A stretch of DNA of 64,000 bases from Mobula hypostoma (GCF_963921235.1 NC_086106.1:102362001-102426000); one strand, 5' to 3'. Positions 1-13,200 are shown, counted from the first letter of the stretch. Made by a program: numbers and translations. Notes: a model not told the origin generated them from the sequence alone.

Positions 1-59
1 TAGGAACGCTGATGCTGATTCTCCCATGATCTTTAAGTTCTTGAGGCTGTAGCACTTTA

Positions 60-427
60 CACAGCTAGCCAGCCATCCCTAGTGCTAACACTTCCACGAA
101 TATCAGCTTCTTTCTGCTTTATTGTATGAATGCTTGATTCGTTCTTACCAACCTTACGGCTCACTTCGGGATGCGACATGCCACTTTTCAAAAGATCTAA
201 TATTTCTAATTTCTCGGTGAGAGATAGCACTTTACGCTCCCTCTTAGCCTTTCAGGAATTTGACCACGTAATTGCTTTTTAGGAGCCATTTTTCCACAGA
301 AGCAAAGTAGTGAACGAATGAGACGTGAGGTGAACAATGAGTGCTGGAGAGAGAACTTCCAGGTTTTCCCGATTTGCGGTTGGTTGAATTCGCACATGCG
401 GAACTCGCGGATAAGGGGGGCTGACTG
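60..427 (-). mobile_element. Tigger/pogo DNA transposon left end with frameshifted transposase N-terminus
   Basis: Minus strand TA|CAGTCAGCCCCCCTTATCCGCG...TTCAACCAACCGC is a Tigger-type TIR with TA target at 428-429. Then MAPKKQ.. and, after a frameshift, KRERKVLSLTEKLEILDLLKSGMSHPEVSRKVGKNESSIHTIKQKE (CENP-B/psq-type HTH). Confidence 0.85.
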
Positions 428-739
428 TACTTCCAATTGCTGATCAATTGATGAAGGGCAGAGCCAAAGATAGCACCAGAGGATGATTTCTCCCTGCCCA
501 CTTATGGAACAGTTTAATTTGTTCTTCTTTCTAATACCCCTTCTTTCCTTTTCAAGGTAGTTGGCATCTTTTGGAGCGTGATCTACAGCTACACTGAAAG
601 AGCAGTTCTTCACGGCGGTAGGTTACATTTCTCAGAGCTCACCATTCATGCACATTTTGATATCTCTGGAAGATGGGCACCTTCGTGGTGCAGCCTAGCA
701 CGGTCCTATGGTCCTGATTTCCTACTATGTTTCCAACAT

Positions 740-2765
740 GAAGTGTAGTGGGACATCAGAACGTTGAGACAGTGGCTGTTGGAGGCCTCTCCATTAGGGC
801 GATCGCTCTCTCTCTGATTGTTAGCGTTTGCTGCCGATTCTCAACTTGAGGGATACTTGAAAGAAAAGTGGCACTGCAGACTGTGACATCAAAACAGTGA
901 GCTGTTTGTCTCCCCCCTTGCTGTGGAAGGAGTGATAGCTCTCTCTCTTTCTCTCCCCGACTCAAGAGAGAGAGAGAACGAACCTGTGGCAAGTCGAACC
1001 GTCGGGAGGAACAATAGTTTTTGATGGATATAGATCATGGTCTCTTTTTGGGGGCTTTGCTGTTGATTGCATGGTGGATGGTGGGGGTGCTGATGCTTTC
1101 TGCTGGAATAAAACAGGGCAGGTTCATGGTTTCAATGCTGTTTGTGCATTGTGGGGGAGGGGAGGATTTGGGTTATGTTTTTTCTGTCATTCATTCTTTA
1201 GGATGTTCTTTTGTTTCGAGGCTGTCTGTGGAGAGCAAGAATTTCAGATTGTATACAAGACCATAAGACATAGGAGCATAATTGGGCCATCTCACCCATC
1301 GAGTCTGCTCTGCCACTCATTCATGACTGATCCTTCTTCTCTAGCTCCTCCTCAACCCCAGTTCCTGGCCTTCCCCCCATAATCTTTGATGCTATGTCCA
1401 ATCAAGAACCTATCAACCCCTGCCTTAAATATGCCCAACGACCTGGCCTCCACAGCTGCATGTGGCAACAAATTCCACAAACTCATCACACCCTTTGGCT
1501 AAAGAAACTTCTCCACATCTCTGTTTTGAAAAGGGGCCCCTCTACCCTGAGGCTGTGTCCTCTTGTCCTAGACTCTCCCACCATGGGAGACATCCTTTCC
1601 ACATCTAGTCTGTCTAGGCCTTTCACCATTTAAAAGGTTTCAATGAGATCCCCCCTCATCCTTCTGGATTCCAGCGAGTACAGTCCCAGAGCCATCAAAT
1701 GTTCCTCATATGATAACCCTTTCATTCCTGGAATCATCCTTGTGAACCTCCTCGGGGCCCTTTCCAATACCAGCACATCTTTTCTAATATGAGGTGCCCA
1801 AAACTATTCACAGTACTCAAGGTGAGGCCTCATCAGTGCCTTATAAAGTCTCAGCATCACATCCTTGCTCTTATATTCTAGACTTCTTGAAATGAATGCT
1901 AACATGGCATTTGCCTTCCTCACCACCGGCTCAACCTGCAAGTTAACTTTCAGGATGCTCTGCACAAGGACTCCCAAGTCCCTCTGCATCTCTGATTCCT
2001 GGATTTTTTCCCAGTTTAGAAAATAGTCCTCACATTTATTTCTACTACCAAAGTGCATGACCATGTATTTTCCAACATTGTATTTCATTAGCTATTTTCT
2101 TGCCCATTCTTCCAATCTGTTTAAGTCCTTCTGAATCCTACCTGTTTCCTCAACACTACTTGCCCCTCCACCAGTCTACGTATCATCTGCAAACTTGGTA
2201 ACAAAGCCATTTATTCCATCATCTAAATCATTTATATACAGGATAAAAAGAAGTGGTCCCAACACCGACCCCTGCGGACCACCATTAGTCACTGGCAGCC
2301 AATCAAAAAAGAATCCTTTTATTTCCACTCACTGCCTCCGACCAATCAGCCAATACTCTAGCCATGTTATTAACTTCCCTGTAATATCATGGGCTCTTAA
2401 CTTGATAAGCAGCCTCATGTGTGGCATCTTGTCAAAGGTCTTCTGAAAGTCCAAATATACAATATCCACAGCATCCCCTTTGTCTATCCTACCTGTAATC
2501 TCCTCAAAGAATTCCAACAGGTTCATCAGGCAGGCTTTTCCCTGAGGAAACCATGCTGCCTTTGTACTACCTTGTCCTATGTCAACAAGTACTCCATCAC
2601 TTCATCCTTAACAATTGGCTTTAACATCTTCCTAACCACTGAGGTCAGGCTAACTGGTCTATAATTTCCTTTCTGCTGCCTTCCTCCTTTCTTAAAGAGT
2701 GGAGTAACATTTGCATACATTGTATATTGTATACATTCTCTGATTTTAAATGGAACTATTGAAGT
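740..2765 (+). mobile_element. Non-autonomous SINE-like repeat (740-1255 + 2719-2765) split by a CR1 insertion
   Basis: The joined halves resemble the uninterrupted copy at ~52730-53120: (GA)n-ACCTGTGG..GTCGAA, GGGGGAGGG, TCATTCTTT and ATTTCAG..TGTATA.TGTATACATT..CTCTGA tail. Confidence 0.65.
1256..2715 (-). mobile_element. CR1 LINE, 5'-truncated, disrupted RT
   Basis: ORF fragments NLLEFFEEIT..VDIVYLDFQKTFDKMPH, KFADDT and MLRLYKALMRPHLEYC; 3' tail of TCTTATGG-type repeats at ~1256-1270. Confidence 0.95.
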
Positions 2766-3577
2766 ACTTCATTTATTGTTATGGTATCTTTTTAACGCAG
2801 GAAAAAAGACACTCCACAGACAGAAATCAGAGAAGGGTGGCAAAAGATCATTCGAGGGGGTAGGTGGTTTTTAAAGAAAGGTAGAATAGCGGAGAAGAGT
2901 AGCAGATAGAGGAGGATTTTCAGGGCCTGGGGGCTTAGTAATGACAGGGCACAACCTTCCAAAGGTAGATGAAGCACAAGTTCTTTTTTTATATATTTGC
3001 ACATATTGTCTTCTTTTGCACATTAGTTGCTTGTCACTCTTTGCTTGTGTGTAGTTTTTCCAATGGTTATATTGTATTTCTTTGCTCTCAAAGTATATAT
3101 GGTGGTGTATATGTGCTTTGATAATAAAATTATTTGAGCTTTGAAATTCAGTGCCAGGGAAGGTCAAGGCCATGATAAAACTCTGAAGTGAAAAAAAATT
3201 GAAAATAAAATAAATCATATTGGCTATTTCAGATTGAAGAAGGGTGACAGGTAATTGGTTTATTATTGTCATATGTACTGAGACACAGTGGAAAACATTG
3301 TTTTGCCTGCCACCCAGCCAGATCTTTCCAAAACGCAAGTGTATCCTGGTAGTACAATGCCAAAAGCAACAATGAATGAATGATTACAATAGGTGTAATG
3401 AATAGATGTGCTGAGAGCAGCTTGCAGCAATGGTATGGAATCAAGTGCACTGACAGAATATTTTCTGGAGAACTGCAGGCAGGACTTCAGTAAAGGGTTT
3501 CAAGATGGATGTGTGTCATCGAGTTCCACTCAAGATGTTGAAGAGACTCATGTGAAGACACCCAACAAAGATATATC

Positions 3578-3790
3578 AGCTTTGCTCAGTTGGAAACGTT
3601 TCTTCCTCTGTGGCAGCAGGTTGTAGATTCTAGCTCACTGCAATACCTGGTCAAGTAATCCAAGTCAACATGTCAGCACAGAAATACCCTGTAATGGAGG
3701 TGTCAGCTGTTGGAGATGTTAAATCAAAGGCTGCTGTGCCTCCTTTGTGGCATTAGGTATCACAATTTAAAAAGCTGTATGAACTGTCCA
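3578..3790 (+). mobile_element. Degenerate DeuSINE-like (SacSINE1/AmnSINE-type) relic
   Basis: tRNA-like head (GCTCAGTTGG..GTTGTAGATTCTAG) and GGAGGTGTC..GAGATGTTAAATCAAAGG resembling the Deu domain as I recall it. Heavily decayed. Confidence 0.45.
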
Positions 3791-4149
3791 GTATTATGTA
3801 GCTTATTAAATGCCATCAATTTGTTACTGTAAATAGAAATATCTTCATATAAAGAGCACACAGTGTACTCGTGAGATTAGTTAATTTTTGTGCAGAAATT
3901 TCAAAGATAACTCATTTTGTTGTTCTGCAATGCGCTGTTAATGGAGCCCAGTACCTCAGAACCCATTAGTCCGCTCAGACTGTAGCTGTCCACGTTAAAC
4001 TGTTTGTAGGTCATTGCAGCTGACAGGGAACCCATTCAGCACCTCCTCAATTTAATGGTCAACAGCAAATGTACAGACTCCTCAGCTGTGTGAAAGTTGA
4101 AAGAACCATGTGACAAGAGCAATGACGACTCCAGTGCCATACTGCTACT

Positions 4150-4375
4150 GCAATGCAGCACAGTAATGTAGTGGTTAGTCAGCAGACTGGGTTTAATTCC
4201 ACTGGTGTCTGAAAGGAGTTTGGATGCATCCATGGTAACCGTGTGGGTTTTGTCCAGGTGGTCCATTTTCCAACCACGCTCCATAGACATATGGGTTAGT
4301 TGGTTATTTGGGCTCATGGGCACGGCTTGTTGGGCCAGAAGGCCTGATACTGTGCTGTATCTCTGAATAGAAGAA
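4150..4375 (+). mobile_element. tRNA-derived V-SINE-like element
   Basis: A/B-box-like TAATGTAGTGG...GGTTTAATTCC followed by GGAGTTTG..CCGTGTGGGTTT..CCAGGTG.TCC..TTTCC V-domain-like core; similar copies at 19140 and 34720. Confidence 0.6.
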
Positions 4376-5429
4376 AAATAGCCAGCTGGCCAATTGGACA
4401 CTCAACCTACTCAACATTCATTAGACTGGTTTAATTAACCCCCAATTTATCAGCCTGGAATGTTGACTTCAGCAAAGCGTTTGCCTCCCTACTTCAAGCT
4501 GTTGCCCCTATAGTAACAGTTCTGGTGTGAAATGTCTGCATAATGTACTTCTCTCAGGATGCTATTACATTTTTCTTATTGATACTATTTGCATTTGACA
4601 CGGAGCGTTGGAGTGGGTGGGTGGCGCAGTGTCCAGGCTGCATTCGGTGCTGCTCCCCAGGGTTCGCTCAGCAGAAGACAAGCTCTATTGTGGTCGACTG
4701 CAGACTTCTGAGGCATTGATGGCTCGAGTCTGGATGTACCTTACTGATACCTTTATGTGCTTGTACACGTTATTTGTGCTTTGTGCTGTGTGATTGTTGG
4801 TACTCTGTTTTGCACCTTGGGCCTGTTTCATTTGGCTGCATTCATAGGGATTCATGTATGGTTGAATGATAATCAAACTTGAATTGAATTAACACAGATG
4901 GTATGGGAAGCCAACTTAAAGCTGGAAAGTATCTGACATTGTTTGCTAGCTGCTCTGTTTTCTTTTATATACACATATCCATTTCTTCTGGGAAAGAGAT
5001 AATTATCTGGTTCTTTGAATCTTGCCCTATTATTCAATTAAATGATCACCAGTTAGATCTGGGCACAATGTTGAAATACAAGATTGAGAAGGCACCAACA
5101 AAGAAGAGCTTCCTTCTATTGGGATACAAGTGCCAATTACTCATATAAAATTACAATTAAATTGCATTGGCCATCTGAATAATTTTTTGTCAGTTCTCAG
5201 CACACATCTCCTTCATTGTGCTTGTAATTACATAGCACCCCATGGCTCAGGAGGTTATAAGTTTTGTAAACCAATGTTGTCATATTCAAATCCTGGTATA
5301 TGTCAAATTATATAAAGTAGCAAGCAAAGTCTAATTGGATTCAGTCATGATTAATAATCATATTTAGTCAAAAAAGTATTAATTTCAAGCTCTGCTGTGG
5401 TGTGTCTGGAAGAACAATTGTATTTTGCT

Positions 5430-5960
5430 CCTGTAACACAGCACAGGCCATTCTGCCCAAGATGTTGTGCCAACCTTATAACCTACTCCAAGATCAATCT
5501 AATCCTTTCCTCCCACATAAATCTCCATCGTTATTTCATGCATGTGCCTATCTAAAAGTCTCTTGTGTCCCTAATGAATCTGCCTCTACCACCATCCCTG
5601 ACAGCATGTTCCATGCATCCACCAATCTGTGTTAAAAAAGTCTTTCCCTCCCATCCCCCCTATAATTTCATCCAATCACCTTAAAATTATGTCATCTTGT
5701 ATTAGCCATTTCTGCCTTGGAGAAAAAAAGTAGCTGGCTATCAATTTTATCTATGCCTTTTAAATTGTACTCATGTACCAAGTTACTTCTCACCTTCTGT
5801 CACTCCAATGTGAAAAGCCCTGCCCCATTCAACCTATCCTCATAAAACGTGCTCTCTAATCCAGGTAAATCTCATATCCACTATCTCTAAAGCTTCCACA
5901 TCCTTCCTATAATGAGGCAACCAGAACTGAACACAATACTCCAATTTGAATACAATACAC
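5430..5960 (-). mobile_element. Old CR1 3' fragment
   Basis: Reverse-complement homology to the 3' end of the CR1 copies (ACAGGCCATTCTGCCCA...CCAGAACTGAACACAATACTCCAA). Confidence 0.75.
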
Positions 5961-6123
5961 CAAGTAATATTGACACTTTATTAGTGTATGCTTAGTGTTT
6001 TCTGGGCTTCACATAAATGCAAGATCTATGCCATCTCATAATTTACTGGGAATTGTACACAAGACCAGAGGATGCTAATATGCTAATACAGAACATATAT
6101 TTACATACAATGTATTTGTGTAT

Positions 6124-6141
6124 ACACACACACACACACAC
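6124..6141. repeat. (AC)n microsatellite
   Basis: ACACACACACACACACAC. Confidence 0.9.
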
Positions 6142-7734
6142 TATTACTATTCAATAACTCCATTGTCTTACAGAGAATATGTTGTGACAGCACAATATTA
6201 TCAAGATTCAAATTATGAAAACAGTTTCAGGGAAGCCGAATTGTCTGCATTATGAAAAAAACTGAAATTGTAAGGTGGCCTGATACATTTTTAAACTCAG
6301 TGAGTTTGATAGAAGTCCATTGAGAAGGCTTTTGCCTGGCACTGAAAGCTATTTGAAGGGAGTGAACAAAGTGAAGACACAATTTGAAATATTTCTAGAG
6401 ATAGATGGAGTGGTGCATAAAATAGAATGAAATTGCAAATGCATAAGATCTCTTCACTTCTGGGATGTCCAAAGGGAATTCCCAGCTAATGAAATAGCTA
6501 TAATGACATTATAATGCAGGCCACAGCAGCCACATTAGACAATGCTGCACAATCAACATAATAAATGGCAAAGTCATCTTAAAGTTAAAATGTCCGCCTT
6601 TACACAGGGATTACTATCGTCTTCTGACTCTGGTGAATGTTGCTACTGAGCCAAAACTAATAGCAGCAAAGTAGAAAGGTATAGATATATTGGGCCAAAT
6701 GGACTTTGTTCTAAAATCACAAATTCAATTGCATTAGAGCCAATGAACAGATAACATAAATACAAAATCTTATTGTTTTTCTGAGCTTGTCATAAATTGA
6801 GAAGTACTGTACCGTACCTCATTATGCTCATGGAATTGCATAATAATTACAAAATTTAATAAAAGTTGAGACAATGGGACTTTCTAGGAAAACTAATTAA
6901 GTGCAACAGGTGAAATGGACTCTGTTGTAAAAAACAATCATTCTAATACCAATGCACAGAAATCACTGGAAATCAGAGAGTAGTAGCTTGTAGATACTGC
7001 ACTTAGGGTTTAAATCTCCAATTATAAAGGAAAGGAAATATAGTGGGAAATAAGTAGCTCAAAAATATTGAGCTCCTGCCCCATAAAGCCAAATAACAAA
7101 GGAATTTGAGATTTTATCTGGGAATTTAGCCATTATATCTAGGAAGAGAGGAAAAGTGTAGGGAAGAACATCAAATTATCTGAAAAAAGGTTGACAAGTT
7201 GAAGGCATCAAATCAATGCAGATGCCTAAGGAACAGACTTTGGAATGGAAGCCTTCAGTGTGCTTGTGATAATTACTGCCATCAATTAAAAATCAGAGGA
7301 TTTAAAAAATGCTTCTTCTATGATGTATAAGATTATTTGTAGAGAAGAGAAAGATGAATGGGTGGAAATATCAGCTGATATCATGCTCTACATTAAATTT
7401 TCAGTGTTGATATTCATGTATGAATAAATTAAGAAACAACCGAAATAGGCCAATCGTTCCCTCACACTTACACTGCCAATCAATAAAATCATGCTGACCC
7501 AATCTTAGCTGCAACACCAATTTCCCCAATCTTAACTTCCCTGCTCAATTTGCATGCTAACATTTTGTGTTTAAGGTACTAGGAACCCAGATCTCTCTGT
7601 CTCACAACACATTATAGACTCTCCATTTATAAAACTATTTTTCTCCATTCTTCCTTATAAACTGAATGCCCCCACATTTCCCGCATTATACTTCATCTGT
7701 CAACTTCTCGTCCACTCATTTAATGTTATTCCTT

Positions 7735-10207
7735 TGTCTCCACCACATCTGTTCTCAGGATGGGGCTTTCCTTTCCAGGACATCAGAGACATCCTCCTTC
7801 AAACAGCGAGCGATTCTTTCCTCCACCATTGAGGCAGCCTGTAATGTATGGATCTATTTATTTCAGAGCGATGAAGTTGATGATTGGGTAGCTTTTAAAA
7901 TCCAACAAAGGGCGACTAAAAACAGCCACTGTATAAGATGGGAAAAGATGAAATATGAGGGCAGACTAGCCAATAATATAAAGCAGGATACCAAAAGTTT
8001 TTCTAGTTATATAAAGAGTAAAAGGGAGGTGAGAGTTGATATTGGATCACTGGAAAATGATGCTGGTGAGGTAATAATTGGCGATAAAGAAAAGGCAGAT
8101 GAACTTAATGGGTACTTTGCATCAGTCTTCACTGTGGAAGACACTAGCAGTGTGCCTGAGGTCCATGAGTGTCAGAGAGCAGGAGTGAGTGCCATTGCTA
8201 TTACAAAGGAAAAAGTGCTAGGCAAACTCAAAGGTCTCAACGTTGATAAGTCAACTGGGGCAGATGGACTACATCCCAGAGTCCTGAGAGAGGCTGCTGA
8301 AGAGAAGAGGTAATGAGCTTTCAAGAATCACTTGATTCTGGCATGATTGGAAGATAGCAAATGTCACTCCACTCTTTAAGAAGGGAAGAAGGCAAAATAA
8401 AGGAAATTACAGGCCAGTTAGCCTAACCTCAGTGGTTGGGATAGTGTTGGAGTCTATTATTAAGCATGAGGTTTCGAGGTACTTGGAGACAACATGGTTT
8501 CTGTAAAGAAAAATCTTGCCAGACAAATCTGTTAGAGTTCTTCGAGAAAGTAACAAGCAGGGTGGGCAAAGGAAAAGCAGTGGATGCCATTCACTTGGAT
8601 TTTCAGAAGGTGTTTGATAAGGTGCCACATGAGGTTGCTTAACAAGATAAAATCCTGTGGTGTTACAGGGAGCATACTGGCATGGATAGAGGAATGGCTG
8701 ACAGATAGGAGGCAGCGAGTGGGGGCCTTTTCTGGTTTTATGCTGGTGACTTTCCTCAGAGGTCAATATTGGAACCACTGCTTTTCACATTGTTTGTCAA
8801 TAATTTAGATAATGGAATTGATGGCTTTGTGAAAAAGTTTATGGATGATACAAAGATAGGTCGAGGGGTAGGTAGTGCTGAGGAAGCAATGCAATTGCTG
8901 CAGGACTTAGACAAATTGGAAGAATGGGCAAGAAGTGGCAGATGGAATACAATGTTGGGAAATGTATGATCATCCATTTTGGTAAAAGGAACAATAGTGC
9001 AGACTATGATATAAATGGGGGAGAAAATTCAAACATCAGAGGTGCGGTAACACTTAGGAGTCCTCGTGCAGGACTCCTAGAAGGTTAATTTACAGGTTGA
9101 GTCTGTGGTAAAGAAAGCAAATGCAATGTTGGCATTTATTTCAAAGGGAATAGAATATAAACAAGGAGATTATGCTGAGCCTTTACAAGACACTAGTCAG
9201 GCCGCAATTGGAGTATTGTCAACAGTTTTGGGCCCTGTATCTCAGAAAGAATGTGTTGCCATTGGAGACAGTCCAGAGGAAGTTCACGAGAATGATTCCG
9301 GGAATGAAGGGGTTAACATATGAGGAGCATTTGGCAGCTTTGCACCTGTACTCACTGGAATTTAGAAGAATGTGGGGGGGATCTCATTGAAACCTACCAA
9401 ATATTGAAAGGACTAGGTAAGGTGGATGTAGAGAGGAGGTTTCCTATGATGGTGGTATCCAGAACTAGAGGACACAGCCTCAAAATTGAGGGGTGACCCT
9501 TTAGAACAGAGACAAGGAGGATTTTTTTTTTAAGCCTGAGTAGTAAATCTGTGGAATGCTCTACCTTAACAGGAGTTCCTCTTGTCCTTATCCCCAAATC
9601 CATGAGCCTCTGCATTCAACACATCATCCTCCACAATTTCCATCATCTCCAAAGGGATCCTACCACCAAACACATATTTACCTCCACCCCACTTCTCCAT
9701 GCTCCACAGGGGTTGCTCCATGATCTCCTCACGTGCCACGATAAGACCAACCTCAGGCTGGAGGAGCAATACTTTATAATCGGACTAAGTAGCCTCTAAC
9801 TTAATGGCATGAATATCAATTTCTCCTTCCAGTAAACAAAAATTTCCCTCCTCTCTTCTGCTATTCCCCTCTCTGGCCCCTTTTCCTCTTCTATCACATC
9901 CCCCTGATGCCCCTCCTCCTTCCCTTTCTTCTTTGGTTCACTCTACTCTCCGATCAGATTCCTTCATCTCCAGCCCTTTACCTTTCTCACCCACCTGGCT
10001 TCACCCATCTCCTTCCAGCTATCTTTCTTCACTTCCCCCCACCTTTTGACCCTCTTTCTTCTTCCTTTCCAGTCCTGAAGAAGAGTCTTGGTTTGAAGTG
10101 TCAACTGTCTGTTCACTTCCATAGATGCTGCCTGACTTGCTGAGTTCCTCCAGTATTCTGTGTGTGTCGTTTTGGATTTCCAGCTTCTGCAGAATTTCTT
10201 GTGTTTA
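7735..10207 (+). mobile_element. Penelope-like element fragment (7735-7838 + 9563-10207) split by CR1
   Basis: Both parts are collinear with the Penelope ORF at 60890-61160 (ICSQD.AF.SRTS; VPLVL..., HIILHNFHHLQRDPTTKHIF). They continue into a GIY-YIG C-terminal remnant (RLEEQYFI..L.SL), a pyrimidine-rich UTR and the terminal repeat. Confidence 0.8.
7839..9562 (+). mobile_element. CR1 LINE ORF2 fragment, frameshifted
   Basis: ORFs with YIKSKREVRVDIGSLENDAGEVI..., KFMDDTKIG and LYKTLVRPQLEYCQQFW..., homologous to the 585-aa CR1 ORF at 24612-26369. Confidence 0.95.
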
Positions 10208-12099
10208 ATATTGTGTCCTGCTTACAAATTGCCAACCCACCTACACTTGTTTGACAGCAAATCGGCCAATAGTACATTCTGTTCCTTCATCCACAGCACT
10301 AATGTAGATTATAAATAGTTGGTGCTAAAGTATAGAACCCACTTTTACTGCGTTGCTGAAGATCCCTTTACCATATTGTTTTGTATTCTTCTACCAAGAG
10401 GATTTTTCAGCAACTGCTCCATCATAGTTGACTCCAAAATGTTTGATTTCCAAGTCAAATTCAAAAACCAAGTACCACAGTGAAGGTCATTGCAAAGGTT
10501 TCACCTTAAAATCATATTTTATTCAGTCTAAGGTGGTGACGTCTCTAGAGCAAGGAGTAATGTGATTTCTTGGTGTCATTTATAGACTTTGTTCTCTCTT
10601 CTTCATTTCTATCCTAGAAATTGAAATTGGGGTACAGCCTGCTGGGTAACACCTAACTCAAGTAGCCAGTCTTCTCTGCATACAAAGACAGGGTTAGCTA
10701 TGGCTTAGTGCACCTGATCTCTCTGTGTCCATACACACACCATTTAGTGAAGGTCACTGTATAACAATGCTAAAAATTAAATAAGAATGTTATGTTCCTG
10801 TCACTAAGGCCACCCAAAATGCCGCTTGAGTTCACACAAGACCAACAATCGACAATGAGGCAACCATGGACTGTGTCATACCACGATGCATTTGTTCACT
10901 CAGTTCATTAATTACACCCTGATGGATGGTGTTTAGCTGATATTCATTTTTAATCACTTTACTAGAAAATAAAAATTACAATCGTCAAGAGAGTCAGTAC
11001 AACTTTTAATTTGGGGCAAGAGTACTTAAGTAATAATTTCTTGTTTTGAGATGATCAAAGAATTTTGTAGTTTAATACAAGCCGAATTAGATAGAACAAC
11101 ATAATTATAATTGAATCAATGGTTTAAAAAATAGTTTAAATTTTATTTATTTGCAACAATTTATTTTGTTTTTTTTCCTTTACTTGGTCTGAAAATTCAT
11201 TGTTTATTTTAGATATTTACTAACATTGTTTTAACCAGCATTGCAGTTTATTTCAGCAGATTATGTACTGTGCCAAAATGAATCAATTTTAACCAGTATC
11301 ACACTGACAAGGAGAATCGGGGCCAATATGAAATTATCCGACACTAATAAAATCATTAAGCAAGTAGGTGCAAATAGTGCGCATCAGTGATTATATTTCT
11401 AAGCACTTAATGCTGCATAATCAATTCTCACCTTTTTTTAAACTTCACTGAATTATATAGATTGAAGCTTGATTAAAATCCAGATAATATATTCAAGGCT
11501 GATACTGAAGGACACTTTAAAATGCTGCACACCTAAAAAACAGCAAAGGAAATAAGCAACTGATAAGAAGCTATTCAAAAAATTAAAATAGAATTGGGAA
11601 AAGAAGGACATAAAACAGTGAACTAGCGAATGCCTTTGAATTCTTTGGTCAATTAAACTGAAATCCTCAAAACGAATGTGGCTTCTTGTATATTTTATCA
11701 GAATTTCAATCTGATTTTATGCAATAAACTTATAAAAGCAAAAAGGTAGCTGTTCTATTCTGCAAAATTTTATTCTGTTCAGAATTAAACTAGGCATGGG
11801 TTTTACTGTTGTTTTTATTATAAAGAACCAATGAACATCATACATCTATTATTCCTTCTCAAACACTTGGTAAAATGGGAATCACTTAACAAAGTTATGC
11901 ATAATATTGGTATTTGTCATATCTTTTATTAAATGAAGATAAAATCCATTCCGCAGGATTTAAGCTTTTCAGGACCAACATAAATTTCCATCCTGCAGTT
12001 TATTTATTTAAATGATGTGAATATCGCTGGAAGTGGTAGCAATTATTGCCCATCCCTAACTGAGAAGGCAGATAAAAACCAACTAGTAGTGAGTCTAGA

Positions 12100-13200
12100 G
12101 TTACACATATCATCAGAGAACAGTACAGCATGCATTCTGGCCTTTTGGCCTTACCAGTCAGTGCTGCCTTCACAGCTAGTCCAAATTTCTTGCATTTGGT
12201 CCATATCTCTCTCCGCCCCATCCCTTCATGTACCTGTGTGAGTGCTTCATACGTGATACTATTGTACCTGCATCAATCACTTCCTCTTGCAGCTCATTCC
12301 ATATGCACACCATCCTCTGCATAAAAGAGCTACTCCTCCGGTTCTTTTTAAGTATTTTCTTTCTCATCTTAAATCCAGAAAATCCCCAGTTTTGGACTCC
12401 CCTACTCTGGGGAGAAAGCTGTTACCATTCATTGTATCTATGTCCCTCATAATTTTAGACATTTCTATAAAGTTGTCCTCATTCTCCTATGTTCCAAGGA
12501 ATAAAAACCTTGGTCTAGCTAACCTCTTCCTATAACATAGGCCCTCTAGTCCTAGCACTTTTTCCAGCTTAACCATGTTTTTTCCTATAACAGGGTGAAC
12601 AAGACTGTGCACAGTTCTCCAAATGCAGTCTAACCAATGATTTATACAAACGCAACATAATGTCTCAGTTCTTATACTCAGTGCTGTGACTGGTGAAGGC
12701 CAGCAAGCTAAACGTCTTTTCACCATCCTGTCCATTTGCCACATCACTTTCAACAAGCTACGTTTAAACCGCTCTGTTCCATTACACTCCCTAGTGCCCT
12801 ACTATTCATAATTTAATTTCTACTCTGGTTTGACTTTCCAAAATGTATTTCCTCACACTTATTTGTATTGACATCCATTTGCAAATCTGAGGTTATTTGC
12901 TCTCAACAACACCGACTGTTTTTGAGTCACCTGCAAATTCACTGAAAAGGCCTTATGCATTTACATCCAAACAATTTATATAAATAATACACAAGGGTCC
13001 CAACTGACCCCTACAGCATACCATGAGGTACTGCCTTCCATTCTGAGAAACAACCTCCAAACCACGACCCTCCACTTCCCACCTTTGAGCCAGTTTTGAG
13101 TCTACGTAGCTAGTTTCCCTGGATTCCATGGGACCTAATGTTCCAGACCATGTGGGATCTTGCAGAAGATCTTTTTAATATTCAAATATAGGTCAGACTG
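12100..13200 (-). mobile_element. Old CR1 fragment
   Basis: Degenerate RT C-terminus and 3' end in antisense (SFMQRMVCIWNEL; ORF 12487..12756). Confidence 0.8.

Larger units (their letters stand above)
7430..10375 (-). mobile_element. Very old CR1 remnant (7430-7730 + 10210-10375) hosting nested Penelope and CR1 insertions
   Basis: The left part resembles the CR1 3' end/RT C-terminus in antisense (CCCACATTTCCCGCATTATACTTCATCTG). It resumes after 10210 with CAGCAAAT...CCTTCATCCA..CACTAATGTAGAT. Confidence 0.55.

Noticed and set aside
206-613. 135-aa minus ORF as a host gene
   Set aside because: It is chance read-through into the Tigger TIR and the frameshifted transposase start (MAPKK...).
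4624-4655. Split RE1/NRSE-like motif GGCGCAGTGTCC...GGTGCTG
   Set aside because: The half-site is interrupted, spacing is non-canonical and it lies in repeat-like sequence. I found no canonical RE1 by eye near the promoter either.
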